This document shows, piece by piece, positions 12,896-26,631 of a stretch of 64,000 bases of DNA. The translations under genes and the position numbers were made by a program. How positions within the stretch are numbered: the first letter of the stretch is position 1; every line of letters begins with the position of its first letter. The notes under the pieces are model-generated. The model was not told the origin of the DNA and made no database searches. It worked only from the letters and a program-made list of their open reading frames with translations. Origin of the DNA: Octopus bimaculoides. Its lineage: Eukaryota. The stretch covers positions 63,931,033 to 63,995,032 of the forward strand of contig NC_068984.1 of the NCBI RefSeq assembly GCF_001194135.2, written 5' to 3'.

Positions 12896-14732
12896 GTCTG
12901 TCTATTTCTGTGTGTAGCTTCTAAAATCTGTCAGATTACAGAGGCCACACACATATAATCATACGTCTATGCAATTCCTTATGTTTACGAAACCGAGCCT
13001 CAAGAGAAAACATGAATTGAACAATTGAACAATAACACCCAACCACAACCACTACCATACCAGTGTGCGTGTGTTTATTTGGCAAGAAAAAAATATGACA
13101 TTCCCGAAATACAACGATATGTTCGACACACAATTTCATATAAGAAATCTAGCAAAACATATGCATAAACTTCTGTGTTTGTCTGTGTGCGTGTATATAT
13201 ATATATATATATGTGTGTGTGCATATATGTATGTATATATGTATGTATGTATGTATGTATATCTATCTATCTATCTATCTACCTATATGTATATATATAT
13301 ATATATACCGAAGTAACTTGTTATAGATAACCTGCCATACTGCAATATTGATTGTACAAATGTGCAGAAATTTTAATTCATTGGGTAAAGAACTTTTAAT
13401 TTTGCCAAAGTATGTACGCATAAGAATTTAGACATACGCAAATATAACTACGGAAAATGAAAATGCATTTGATTATGCGTAAAGAAATGCAATGCTGTAT
13501 ACATAATTGTGCATAGAACAGCATAGCCGATAGGCATATATCTTGTGTAAGCATATAATATATTTTCATGATTATTGATGAATTTTCGCATTGTTTCTGT
13601 ATTCATTCATACATTTACACATCCATACACATATGCACATGCATGCACACAAATATACACCCATCTACATTCGCACACATATATGTACCTTTGTATGCAT
13701 ATACAACCATCTACAGGCATTTTGACACACGAGCACTCATGCATGCACAATAACTTGCATATAAATATAGGCGTTAAATACATATGTAAGAGGAAACGTG
13801 CGTTTAAATGATCTACGTAATCCTACTCATTTTGATATATCTTGAGGGCCTTCCACAGGGAATCATTATGCATTAAGTAAATGTGTTTTCTGTGTAATTA
13901 TATGTACTAAATAATTCATATTGTGGCAAGAGTTGAGTACATGAATTTTAAATTAAAATAATTGGGTTGAAATCTCTAGTTTCTATAGCTGATGTATAGA
14001 GCAACGTATCAATTGCTTCCTCGTGAATAGACGATTTTCATATGAACCTCAATATTTTAACTAAGGACTATGGTAATCCATAAGATAAAAACACAAAATA
14101 TACGAAATTCTTTCGTAGCATTAAAAACACATTAAAAAATTGTTACTGATTTAGCTTGGGGGCAAAATATATATTCACTTTGAAGGACTCTACATTTTTC
14201 AATGAATTAGAAATAATGTTCTCAGCAAATATTACAGATATAACTATTAATTTGCTACTGCAAGCAAAATTCGAAGCTGTATATTAGCTGCATGCGTTGT
14301 TAACAAAAAATGTGGCTTAAGTTATTAACGTAAACATAGATGACACTGCTCCTTTTCGTTGTGGATGATACGTTTGTTCAATTAAATGATTTGCATATGG
14401 ACAAAGGAAAATAACGTAAGAACATACTTTCGTTAATTGAGAACCGGATAAGCTAAGATACTAGTTAGAATATTTCCAGCAAAGCATGCGAAAATCAACA
14501 TGCGAAACGAACTACCAACTTAAAAAAACTATTTGAAATGTTATTATACTATATCATGATTTCCTACGAAGTAAGCACTTTTTGCTTGCCGTAGGATATT
14601 GCTTATTGTAGCGAACCAATTCTAGAGAATAGTTTTCTAATTGTTCAGACTATATTTTTTAACGCATCACCAGCTCGAGATTCCTATTTTCTCGGATTAA
14701 AGATAGACATGCACACGCAGAGTGAGTTTCCC

Positions 14733-14858
14733 AAGCGTGGCGACAGGTACAAGCGTGCCGATAGGCACAAACGCGGCGATAGGCGAAGGCGTGACGATAG
14801 GCGCAAGCTTGTCAATAAGCACAAGCGTGGCGATAGGCGCACGCGTGGTGATAAGCGT
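14733..14858 (+). repeat. 18-bp minisatellite (7 units, aagcgtggcgataggcgc-like) fused to a SINE head
   Basis: Units start at 14733, 14751, 14769, 14787, 14805, 14823 and 14841; an eighth unit start runs into the SINE A-box. Confidence 0.9.
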
Positions 14859-15255
14859 AAGTGTGGCTGTGTGGTAGGAAGCTTGCTTCCCAACCACACG
14901 GTTCCAGGTTCAGTCCCACTGCATGGCACCATGGGCAGGTGTCTTCTATTATAGCTAGGGGCCGACCAAAGCCTTGTGAGTGGATTTGGTAGACAGAAAC
15001 TGAAAGAAATCCAGTGTATATATGTGCGTGTGTGTCTTTGTATGTTTGAGTTTGCCCCGCCTCCCGGCATCGCTTGACAACCGATGCTGGTGTTTATATC
15101 ACCGTTATATAGCGGCTCGGCAAAAAGAAAACGATAGAATAAGTCTTAGGCTTACAAAGACTTAGTCTGAGGGTCGATTTCTTCGACTAAAACCCTTTAA
15201 GACGGTGCTCCAGCATGGCTGCAGCTAAATGACTCAGACAAAAGAATAAAAGAAT
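14859..15255 (+). mobile_element. SINE family A, near full length
   Basis: A-box tggctgtgtgg, B-box ggttcagtccc, central (TG) tract, tail aaaagaataaaagaata. Confidence 0.9.
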
Positions 15256-16239
15256 ACCCCGATGGCATAAAATAATTAATAATTTACTCATACTGTAATT
15301 AGTTTATTGGGTGCTTAAGATAACTGAGAACGAACATGTGTGTATGCGTGCTCGCACGCGTGTGTGCTTGCATGTGTGTGTGTGTGTACGTATATACCAT
15401 CATCAGCAAAACATTTTCAAATAGCGATGTAGTAAATCTAAAGTCAATTTACACTTATTTAGAGTAGTAAACAGAATTATTTCTCGAAATTCTCGAGGAT
15501 AGCATACCTATATTCAGCCAAAAAGTTAACATTTAGTCACAATATTTAATATACGGAGCTTTAAATGTGAAACGGAAATGATTATTTGGAGAAGGAAAGC
15601 AATATTAGGCATTTAATAAAATTCTGTGTCCAAATGTGGATGTTAAATTAAATCTCAACAAGTTCCGCTTTCTTTATGACATCTTCAGCGAAGCTAAGAA
15701 TTCATTACATTTGCCGAAGCAGTGTTTACACGAGCATGTATCTCCAAGGCACATTTCTTATTCTGACCTCGCAAAATCATCTGAGGAAATGAATAGGTCG
15801 AGTATTTTGTTCAGCACTAAAATACTACGATTATAAAATGCTTGCATTTTTAAAAAATATTATTTTTCATACTCCGTTCGACTCTACAGTCTTCCGGCAG
15901 CTCCTGCAACCAAGCTGGTGCCAAACGTAATGTTCTACACTCCTTTGGACCAAGTCAGCAAGGTCGAGAGAGTAATCCTGACGATTGGACTACCCAGGAT
16001 TTTCTTATATCTAGCCCAAGCCTGCGCAAAACTGGAAAGGATTGGACACTTCAGTGCTGCTGTAAAAAGGGGCAGAAAAAGCATGGGAGGTAGATGTTTC
16101 TATCAAAGTTGCCCTCAGTAGCTGCCCATCCTCCTCTGCTGAAAGTAGGTGGAATTATATCAGGGAAGCTTTATATACCACATCAGTTGATTCTTTCGGC
16201 CTGAATGAAAGGCAAAACCTAGATTAGTTCAGTGCTAAG

Positions 16240-18432
16240 CTCTCAGAGTTGGAACCAGTTATCAAAGCAAAGCGTGCAGCTTTGATGCAATACAAGAGTG
16301 ATTCTTCGACAAAGTCACTCGAAGAACTCAGAAAGGCAAGAAATAAAACCCAACTGACTGCTAGACGATGTGCAAATAGATATTAGCAGGAAATCTGTCA
16401 GAGTATCCAGTCAGCTGCTGACAGTGGCGACACCCCTGGGATGTATGCCGGTTTGAAGAAGGCCCTCGGTCCATCCGCAACCAAGTCAGCCCCCCTGAAA
16501 TCAGCTACTGGAGATCTCATCAATGACCAAAGTAAGTTAATGGATAGATGGGTGGAGCACTACCAGGATCTCTACTCATAGGAGACCACGGTCGCTGAAG
16601 CTGCAATCGAGTGTGTCAAGATCTTGCCAGCCATGTGCGAACTTGACAGTCTGCCGTCCATAACAGAGCTCACCAAGGCTTTTGACTCCCTAGCCAGTGG
16701 CAAGGCTCCGGGAAAAAAAACGGCAATCCCTCAGAGATCATCAAAGCCGGCAAAAACACCGATCTGCTTCAACACCTTTCATGAGCTCCTATGTCAGTGC
16801 TGGGAAGAAGGTACAGCCCCTCAGGATATGCGGGATGCTAACACCATTACGCTTTACAAAAACAAAGGTGACCGTGGTGATTGTAACAATTACCGTCGAA
16901 TATCTCTTCTCAGCATTGTTGGAAAGGCCTTTGCTCACGTTATCCCGTCCAGGCTACAACTACTTGCTTCTCGAATTTATCCAGAATCGCATTGTGGTTT
17001 TAGAAAAAGCAGATCAACTATTGACATGATATTCTCCATACGCCAACTTAAGAAGAAGTCCAGAGAGCAGAACATGCCATTATATATGGCCTTCATTGAT
17101 TTGACGAAGGCCTTTGACTTCTTAAGTAGAAAAGGCGGCCATTTCCTCCTGCTTCAAAAAATCGGCTGTCCACCAAAGCTGCTGATTATCATCAAATCTT
17201 TCCATGATGATATGCAAGTCACCACACAGCGCAATGGTTCAACATCAATCGCCTTCCAAATAAAGAACAGGGTAAAGCAAGGCTGTATCTTTGCTCCTAC
17301 ATTATTTGGCATCTTCTCGCTGCTGCTGTCAAATGCCTTTGAGACATCAGAAGATGGAATGTTTCTGAACAGTAGAAATGACGGGCAACTGTTCAATCTC
17401 TTGCGTCTGCGTGCCAACACCAAAATCAGAAGCATCCTGATCAAGGAGATGCTCTTTGCTGATGATGCCGCTCTGGTATCACACACAGAAGCCCTGCAAA
17501 GGCTCATCAACTACTTTGAGCAAGCATGTAGCGACTTTGGCTTAGTTATCAGCCTCAAGAAAACCAATATCATGGATCAGACTACGTCGGACATCCCAGG
17601 CATACACACTGGAGACCATAGACTACAGGAGAGGAAGAGGTTTACCTACCTTGGCTCTACCGTCACTTACAACCTATCCCTTGATACCGAGCTCAATATA
17701 CGCATTGCCAAGGCAACCGCTGTGATGGCCGAACTCTCCAAACGGGCATGGGACAACAATAAGCTGAACAAGACCACAAACATGAAGATTTACCAGTCAT
17801 GTATACTTAGCACTCTACGGTATGGCAGTGAGATCTGGACGCCATACACACGCCAAGAGCCTCGCCTAAATATCTTTCACCTGCGCTGCCTCCGGAAAAT
17901 CCTTGGCATCAAATGGCACAATCGTGTCCCAAAAAAGGATGTCCTCAAGCAAGTAGGAATACCAAGCATGTTTGCACTCCGCACACAAAGACGTATGAGA
18001 TGGCTTGGACATGTTAATCGTATGGAAGTTGACAGAATCACCAAAGACATACTCTACGGAGAGCTTGCTAGGGGCACTAGGTCTGTTGGAAGACCGTTAT
18101 TACCATGCAAGGATGTTTGCAAAAGGGATATGAAGGCCTGCGACATCAGTATTAGGAACTGGGAAGAGGTTGCCAGCAACCGTGGAGATTGGCGACGCAC
18201 CATAGAAGAGGGAGGACAAAGGAGTGACAGAGGGCGAGAGGAGAAATGGAAAGACAAGAAAAGACGTCAACAAGAAACTATGACATCACAACCAGCCAGG
18301 CAAAGTCTTCGCTACATTTGCATAGGACTACGCATCCACAGCAGGAGATGTATTAGGACATGAAATGTAAAAACCGGATGAGATTATTTTATGCGCAACT
18401 CCATTGTCTCTCGAGACAAAAGGATGCCAACA
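16240..18432 (+). mobile_element. RTE/BovB-like LINE, 5'-truncated; RT ORF 16624-18363
   Basis: NYRRISLLSIVGK, FIDLTKAFD, VKQGCIFAPTLF, LFADDAAL, FTYLGS, QRRMRWLGHV, ILYGEL; 3' ccattgtctctcgagac...ggatgcca. The same frame continues upstream to ~16249 with TAG stops at 16384 and 16579; no endonuclease domain. Confidence 0.92.
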
Positions 18433-20311
18433 AAACTCCGTAAATTCCCATCGCAACACATTAGAGTAATTTATACAAATTTGACAATTTCCTAATTTTA
18501 CATCATTATGTTAATGGAAAAGAAACCTGGTGTTGAGTTATGTTATTTTGTAGCTGTTAAATCAAAGTCAATTCAAGTCAATTCTGAAAATTGCTGTTCA
18601 ACTTCGACACAATCTTTATACGAGTTCTAGGTTCTATGACAATATACTAGACTAATTAAATATAATAAGTACTTTGGGCCTGATATATTAACTTTTCTAG
18701 CTAAACAAAATAACATATGGTCAGTTCATTTTAACATCCGTTGCTTTGCTGCAGTGTTGTAAAACTCTGCGGTATCACTGGTAGCATTAAAATTACATGA
18801 AAACAAACCAGCCTCTTATTTGTGTGCATTATAAACATTTTTTCACAAAAAGCGGGAAGCATATTCAATTAGACTTTTATTGTCAAATAAAAGATCTTAG
18901 CAAATCATGTTCCCAATATACTAAATATATTCCCATTATAGTAAATATATTCCCATTATACTATATGATGTCTATTTCTGACAACAAAAATTATCTTAAA
19001 TTTAATACTAAACTAATTATCGCATTCACTGGTTTGGAAAACTTTTTATTTAAGTAGCGTCAGAACAAAATTTATGTCATTTAAATTTAAATTTACTTTC
19101 CACTTTAATTGATCTTAAATGAACTATGAAACATATTAATTTTTATTAAATAGCTGTATTAAATATTTCTATCACTTTTCATTTTTTGCTATATTCCGTT
19201 CTTAACAATTGGCATATATTTAATAATTTCGTACTGAAGAAACATAACGATCTTTAAAAGATTGTATCTGAGAATATTAAGAGCAAACTTATTTATTGTT
19301 GACATATAATTAAATTAAATGAAAATAGATTTTTATTTCATTTCATAGACGAGAGACTATGCTTCCGGCAAACTGTTCATATTTGTAAAGACGGTAACAA
19401 GGAGCTTAATCATTAACAAGGAGCTTAAGATAATATATACACGTTTAAATTTACAAATGACATTTAAAGGTACTCAACCCATACATCTTAGAGATGATTT
19501 TCGTTTCCTTGAAGCGAACGTTATCACTTTCCCACTTTCCATAGAGTCGATGTGCGAAGTGAAATCCAATGTGACAACCAAGATGAGCCTCAAATTCAGA
19601 TAAATGAATATAATATTTTTAAAGAGTATGTCTATAAGGTGGTCTAAGTAAGAAACACGATCATAATTATACACCTATTTCACACAGTTTTCTAAGAATT
19701 GTGTAAAAGAACGATATTGAAGAATTATAGAACTAACACTCCAGTCTTCTTCACGTTTGTATATATATATATANNNNNNNNNNNNNNNNNNNNNNNNNNN
19801 NNNNNNNNNNNNNNNNNNNNNNNNNNNNNNNNNNNNNNNNNNNNNNNNNNNNNNNNNNNNNNNNNNNNNNNNNNNNNNNNNNNNNNNNNNNNNNNNNNNN
19901 NNNNNNNNNNNNNNNNNNNNNNNNNNNNNNNNNNNNNNNNNNNNNNNNNNNNNNNNNNNNNNNNNNNNNNNNNNNNNNNNNNNNNNNNNNNNNNNNNNNN
20001 NNNNNNNNNNNNNNNNNNNNNNNNNNNNNNNNNNNNNNNNNNNNNNNNNNNNNNNNNNNNNNNNNNNNNNNNNNNNNNNNNNNNNNNNNNNNNNNNNNNN
20101 NNNNNNNNNNNNNNNNNNNNNNNNNNNNNNNNNNNNNNNNNNNNNNNNNNNNNNNNNNNNNNNNGTGTCTATATATATATATACATATATATGTATATAC
20201 ACACATACATATATATATATATATACACACACATGCATATACATATTTACATACGTACGAACATGCATACATACGTACTTACATACATATATGTGTATAT
20301 GATGGTTTCAT

Positions 20312-20505
20312 ATTTTGGCACAAGTCCACCTCGTTCTGGAGGAGTATTACATCGACCCGAGTACTCAACCGGTACTTGTTTTATCGACCCCCGAAAGGAT
20401 GACATGTAAAGTATACCTCGGCGAAATTTTAACTCAGGTTGTAAAGATGGACGAAATACCGCTAAGCATTTTGCCCGGCGTTCTAATCATTCTGGCAACA
20501 CACTG
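20312..20505 (-). mobile_element. SINE family B
   Basis: Homologous to the other family B copies (ccggtacttgttttatcgacccccgaaaggatg...ataccgctaagcatttt). Confidence 0.85.
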
Positions 20506-20559
20506 CATTTGCATGAGTATATAATAAAGCAGGAAAATCGTCCTCATTCGGGGAATCAT

Positions 20560-21002
20560 TCTTTAATAGGCGAAATGATGGTACTGGTATTAAATCTAGT
20601 TTCAAGATAATGGTGTTCCACATTCAATTTCAACTTTATAGTTTGGGAAACAACACTGTGGCCGATAAAAGTACAAATTCTCTCATGAAGTATACTTCGA
20701 TCTCTTTCGTTCATTGATTTGTCTGGAACGTGAATGTACTGCGGACAGCAAGCAGTGAACTGAGACACTAAAAATACTAAGTGTTGCCATTAGGAAGGAG
20801 AAACGAATTAAAATCTGAAAGTTATTCATGCTCACCATGGTAGTCCCAAAATTAGGACGAAAGCTGCCGTGAATTAGCTCCAAGAAGCCATCGCCTCTAG
20901 CTAGCTATGTGACACACGAAACCTGTGGCCTTTATAACCTTCGAACAGGGGAGGTCAGCAGTGTCCCCCTGCTGGTTTGGCATCTGCAGACTAGTTTCAG
21001 GG
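20560..21002 (-). mobile_element. Possible L1/Tx1-type APE endonuclease N-terminal relic
   Basis: MATLSIFSVSVHCLLSA followed by a frameshifted SILHER loosely resembles 'M.SL.I.S.NV.GL...LQET'; abuts a 1-kb gap. Confidence 0.3.
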
Positions 21003-23130
21003 NNNNNNNNNNNNNNNNNNNNNNNNNNNNNNNNNNNNNNNNNNNNNNNNNNNNNNNNNNNNNNNNNNNNNNNNNNNNNNNNNNNNNNNNNNNNNNNNNN
21101 NNNNNNNNNNNNNNNNNNNNNNNNNNNNNNNNNNNNNNNNNNNNNNNNNNNNNNNNNNNNNNNNNNNNNNNNNNNNNNNNNNNNNNNNNNNNNNNNNNNN
21201 NNNNNNNNNNNNNNNNNNNNNNNNNNNNNNNNNNNNNNNNNNNNNNNNNNNNNNNNNNNNNNNNNNNNNNNNNNNNNNNNNNNNNNNNNNNNNNNNNNNN
21301 NNNNNNNNNNNNNNNNNNNNNNNNNNNNNNNNNNNNNNNNNNNNNNNNNNNNNNNNNNNNNNNNNNNNNNNNNNNNNNNNNNNNNNNNNNNNNNNNNNNN
21401 NNNNNNNNNNNNNNNNNNNNNNNNNNNNNNNNNNNNNNNNNNNNNNNNNNNNNNNNNNNNNNNNNNNNNNNNNNNNNNNNNNNNNNNNNNNNNNNNNNNN
21501 NNNNNNNNNNNNNNNNNNNNNNNNNNNNNNNNNNNNNNNNNNNNNNNNNNNNNNNNNNNNNNNNNNNNNNNNNNNNNNNNNNNNNNNNNNNNNNNNNNNN
21601 NNNNNNNNNNNNNNNNNNNNNNNNNNNNNNNNNNNNNNNNNNNNNNNNNNNNNNNNNNNNNNNNNNNNNNNNNNNNNNNNNNNNNNNNNNNNNNNNNNNN
21701 NNNNNNNNNNNNNNNNNNNNNNNNNNNNNNNNNNNNNNNNNNNNNNNNNNNNNNNNNNNNNNNNNNNNNNNNNNNNNNNNNNNNNNNNNNNNNNNNNNNN
21801 NNNNNNNNNNNNNNNNNNNNNNNNNNNNNNNNNNNNNNNNNNNNNNNNNNNNNNNNNNNNNNNNNNNNNNNNNNNNNNNNNNNNNNNNNNNNNNNNNNNN
21901 NNNNNNNNNNNNNNNNNNNNNNNNNNNNNNNNNNNNNNNNNNNNNNNNNNNNNNNNNNNNNNNNNNNNNNNTATATATATATATATATAAACATATAAAC
22001 GATACGGATTTGTAAATACAAGAATCCTTCGTGAATAATGATTGTAGTAAAAGCAGCCGTTCAATCACATAATGTTGCATCCATCAAACTGGCTTAACGC
22101 GACGTTATGATATTCATATGGGCTGCGTGCCAATTTTGCAAAAGGTGAATAATATTGTCCAGGCATACGAATAGGCATTTCTCCAAATATAATGCAGAAA
22201 TATGTATGCCTCTATAATCACATACGTTGGAAGCCATTTGCCGACGATCAACCAAGATTGAAAGAAATTTGGCAAGAACATTAGTTACTGTAGTTAAATA
22301 ATCAAGTTTTCCTAGCATGTATTTTGTCTGAAAAACCTCTTTTAATCTCGTTTCTGATTGATTATTCAAGACAATCTATTACTAAACAATTTTTACTGCC
22401 AAATGTATAGCCCGTAAATATTCCGAACAATTCGGAACATTTCTTTTTCCTGTGTAGCACTGAATCAGAATCTAGCTAGTTTTGTTGCAGTTTTTGTTTT
22501 GTCTCTATAATGTCTCTCGCTATTTGTCGCTGACCGAACAGAAAATCTTAGGTTTAATTTCGAAATATTTCATCGTTGTATATCCAGAATAACGCTGTGA
22601 ATTATGCTAAACAAAATATTTATCGCTCGATTTACTTTATTCAGTATTTTACTACATTTTGCTCCTCAACTTCCAAATGAATTTCATCTTTTGTCATGGC
22701 ATTAATGATTTTATGACTAACAGTTCATTAAGTCCTAATCACTTTCCCTTACATTCAATTTTAGTACTTGATTATCTTCTGTAGTCATCATTGAGATAAA
22801 CATGTTAATTGTTTTTAGAGTTGCACAACATTTTGACCAAACGTATATTACTTATCTAAAAATCTCTACTTAAGAAAAACATTCACTAATATCCGCACAT
22901 ATAAGTGGTATCTAAGACCCGACTGAATCTAATACTCCTTTATTTATTACTTTGTAAATAGACATAACATATAAAATAGTAATGTAAGAATAATGCAGAA
23001 TTGCCTACGAAAAGAATTCTTCACACAATTTACTTTTCTTATTTTTCAGCCGAATATAACATCAATAAAAGAATCCAGAAATATATATTTAATCACATTG
23101 TATTATATTGTATTATATTTTATATATATC

Positions 23131-23149
23131 ATATTTATCATATGCTATA

Positions 23150-23186
<37 letters not shown>

Positions 23187-23469
23187 CATATATATAATAC
23201 GTATATATGCATATATGTATATATATATGTATTCATATACATATACGAATGTCATTCATATACATATACGAATGTCATTTATTTCCTCCTTGATCTCTGA
23301 CGTCAGCTCACAAAGGCTTCNNNNNNNNNNNNNNNNNNNNNNNNNNNNNNNNNNNNNNNNNNNNNNNNNNNNNNNNNNNNNNNNNNNNNNNNNNNNNNNN
23401 NNNNNNNNNNNNNNNNNNNNNNNNNNNNNNNNNNNNNNNNNNNNNNNNNNATATTTATCATATGCTATA

Positions 23470-23506
<37 letters not shown>

Positions 23507-23640
23507 CATATATATAATACGTATATATGCATATATGTATATATATATGTATTCATATACATATACGAATGTCATTCATATACATATACGAATGTCATTT
23601 ATTTCCTCCTTGATCTCTGACGTCAGCTCACAAAGGCTTC
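23131..23640. repeat. 190-bp exact duplication flanking an N-gap (likely assembly overlap)
   Basis: 23131-23320 is repeated at 23451-23640 on the other side of the gap. Confidence 0.85.
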
Positions 23641-23699
23641 CGAGTTGGAGATGGCTGTAACAGCATTTTCAACACTACCCACTTATCAATACTTGTCAA

Positions 23700-24760
23700 A
23701 GCTGCCTAGTTTTCAGAATGCAGTTGGTACGTAAAGGCAATTTTAACCCTTACCATGAAAGAACGTTTTGTGGTGAAATAGAAACCAAAGAACGCTACAT
23801 AAATTCCTGAAATTCTTAGGAATGAACTTATATGGACAGAGCAGGTATACTTCCATGGTATAAGATGTTTAAGGACTGTAGAGAAGAGGTGAGAGATGAT
23901 GAGATATGTGGGAGAGAACGGAGCGTCATAACATCATAGTTGTTTGAGACAATTTGCATTTCCTAGATGAAGACTGTCGTGCGTCCTTAAATACAATAAG
24001 CTTTCAATTTAGAGTTGCTGCTTCAAAAAGATCTGAACAAGATTTGTGCAAAACTTGCTCCCAGGGTGCTTGTGATAAATAGAAGGCAAGACACATTGGT
24101 GACAGCAGGCAGATAGAGGAGCTCATTTCCGCTAATCCAAGTTTACTTGAGTCTCTTGTGACCTGTGCAGAAAAATCTACTATAACAATCCAGATACCAT
24201 GAGACGCAGTACTGAATGGAAGTGTCGTACCCTTCCCTACATACTACTCCATTTTTACGACTGCATGTATATCTGCAACATCGATTGTGTTCTGTATTCG
24301 CTCTGGCCAGACGGTCAATTTAAAGTAAAGTATGTTATGGTCTTCAGGTAGTTCAGGAAGAGATTTCGTCGCAAAAGGCTAGAGCCCTTCCAGTAAATTT
24401 TAGGGCACCTAAACCATGAAAATGCACACGCTCACAATTGAATCCTCGTAACCAACTATTTGACAGGGAAGGGCATCAAAACAGATCTTCAACCTCCCAA
24501 AAATATTTATGCCATACTCCCCGTGGCTTTCGGTTTTCTGACAAGCTGAAGCAAAACCTCAGATGCAGTCTTTTTAAAGAAAATAAAGGATTCTGAAAGC
24601 TTTCATTTTGGATGATGTTCATAGCCATTCAAAAGTAGCTGGAGCATTAAAATTGCATTGAAGTCAAAGAATCCTACTTTGAAGAAGATGTGCATTTTGT
24701 ACTTCTTTGAAATTAATAAAAGTCATTCCTGAAAAGTTTCAAAATTTCTAGAATGAATCT
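23700..24760 (+). mobile_element. Degenerate mariner element
   Basis: Fragmentary WYKMFK..REEVRDDE, KICAKLAP, LLESLVT and H.NAHAH (HDNA..H-like) segments in the expected order, with many stops. Confidence 0.65.
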
Positions 24761-25267
24761 TGTGTAAAAGGGTCATTTTTGTCTATATCAAAAATCCGTA
24801 TAATCAGTGTAACTCCAGCTGATTTTTATGGTACTTAGATACGTTTCAGGCAAAAATGACTCAGGCCAAAAATAGCTTAAAAGTATCACCTAGAAAAGAT
24901 ATGTATTGACGTTTCATATTAAAATCATTCTTTAGGCACCAATAGCCAATTTTTGTAAAGAGTTATTGTTTACAGAGATATATTCTGATGTAGGTGGTTT
25001 ATTTGGACGTTGCTGGAGATATTCATTCAGGAACCCTTTGAATGTTAAAAGATCATTTAATTCTCGTCTACGTATTGGCATGATGTTAAAGAGGGTCAAT
25101 CCAGTTGAAGTGAAAGAGTTTTATATTTGTGCTGTGACGCTTTTGCCGCGGTGTACATAAAGTGTCAGTTTACTTAATGAAAATAAGATAATATCTAAAT
25201 GATAAATAGAATATAGATCATATATACAATTGACTTCGTGACTCAGTAATATAATATATTTACATAA

Positions 25268-25472
25268 GCAGGTGAGCTGACTTTGCCCGAGCAAAGTGCT
25301 TTGCAGTATTTCGCCCGTCTTTACTGTCTAAGTTCAATTTCCGCCGAGGTCGACATTACCATTCGTCTTCTCCGGGTCAATAATATAAGTACTTTTTGAA
25401 CACTCTGGTCGATGTTAGCGCCTTACCCTCTATCTTGAAATTACTGTCCTTGTGCAAAACTCTGAAATCAAT
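25268..25472 (+). mobile_element. SINE family B, diverged
   Basis: aagttcaatttccgccgaggtcgac B-box region and matching body. Confidence 0.75.
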
Positions 25473-26453
25473 ATGACATAATCATCTTTAATTCTTATCT
25501 AAAATTCGGGCTGTGAAAAATAGTTATTCAATGTTATCAGACTTAACCAGTTTGCAAGACAACTGTTCGAAATACATAACCTCGACTTATTTACGGCTGA
25601 CAGAAGACCTACACCTGGTTACTACAATAACAAAATGTGTATTCACTATGATATTATAACACACTTCTTGCAGAGGCAAATGACTAAATGATTTACCAGT
25701 CAATGTTTGCTGGTTGTAAACTGTAGGACTATAAAGCGATACTTGAGGATATATAAAAATGAACTTTGCTCCTTCAGTCTAATATTATGCACACATACCC
25801 AGGCACACAGATACATACATGCACACAGGTACACATACACGTACACACAGGAACACACACACACATACACTTGTGCGTGTATGTGTGTGTGCGCGCGCGT
25901 GTGTGTGCGCAGAAAACCTATACTAATGTTGATTAGATTTTTCTCTTGTATTGTTCTTCGTAGGTTTAAGGTTTTACAGATGGTTCCACAGAACTAGTTT
26001 CCATCAATTGATCAGACGTAGACAATTTGATTTTAAGGTAGAGAAAAGCAAAATGAAACAAAGCTAAATAACAACGTTAAGTTGTTAAAGTATTCATTTA
26101 GTTTTGTTCCCAGTGTTACATAAGAACAAAATGCTGAGTTGGTTCCACTCTTTACCACAATTTTGCATTCACCATTGTAGGGGAAATGGTTTCTGATAAA
26201 TTTCATTTCGTTCTTTTCGGTGTTACATTATACATTTATATTTTCTCTAAGAATACAGTATTCAAGGACTATTTATAATTCAGTAATGTTTTCGGTCTAA
26301 TTTCGTAATAATTTATATTTTAGCCACCCATTTAATTGATGCTTGTAGTTAATGTGATGATAGCATCGATCATTCCAAATATGTATTCACACCAACCTGT
26401 TTGTTGACAGCGTCGATGTTCACACAACATGCACATCCTACTCACGCACACTC

Positions 26454-26592
26454 AGGTGCAGGCATGCCTGTGTGCTAAGAAGCTTGCTTCCCAAGCACAT
26501 GATTCCGGGTTCATTCCTACTGCGTAACAGCTAGAGCGAGTGTCTTTAACAATAGTCTTGTAAGTGGATTTGGGAAACTGAAACAAGACCGC

Positions 26593-26600
<8 letters not shown>
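26454..26600 (+). mobile_element. SINE family A, 5' half
   Basis: ggtgcaggcatgcctgtgtgctaagaagcttgcttccc...ccgggttcattcc. Confidence 0.8.

Positions 26601-26631
<31 letters not shown>

Noticed and set aside
14709-14954. Arg/Lys-rich protamine-like ORF
   Set aside because: It is entirely a minisatellite plus SINE head; no evidence of expression.
23131-23640. 190-bp perfect duplication
   Set aside because: It flanks an N-gap exactly, so it is most likely an unmerged contig overlap.
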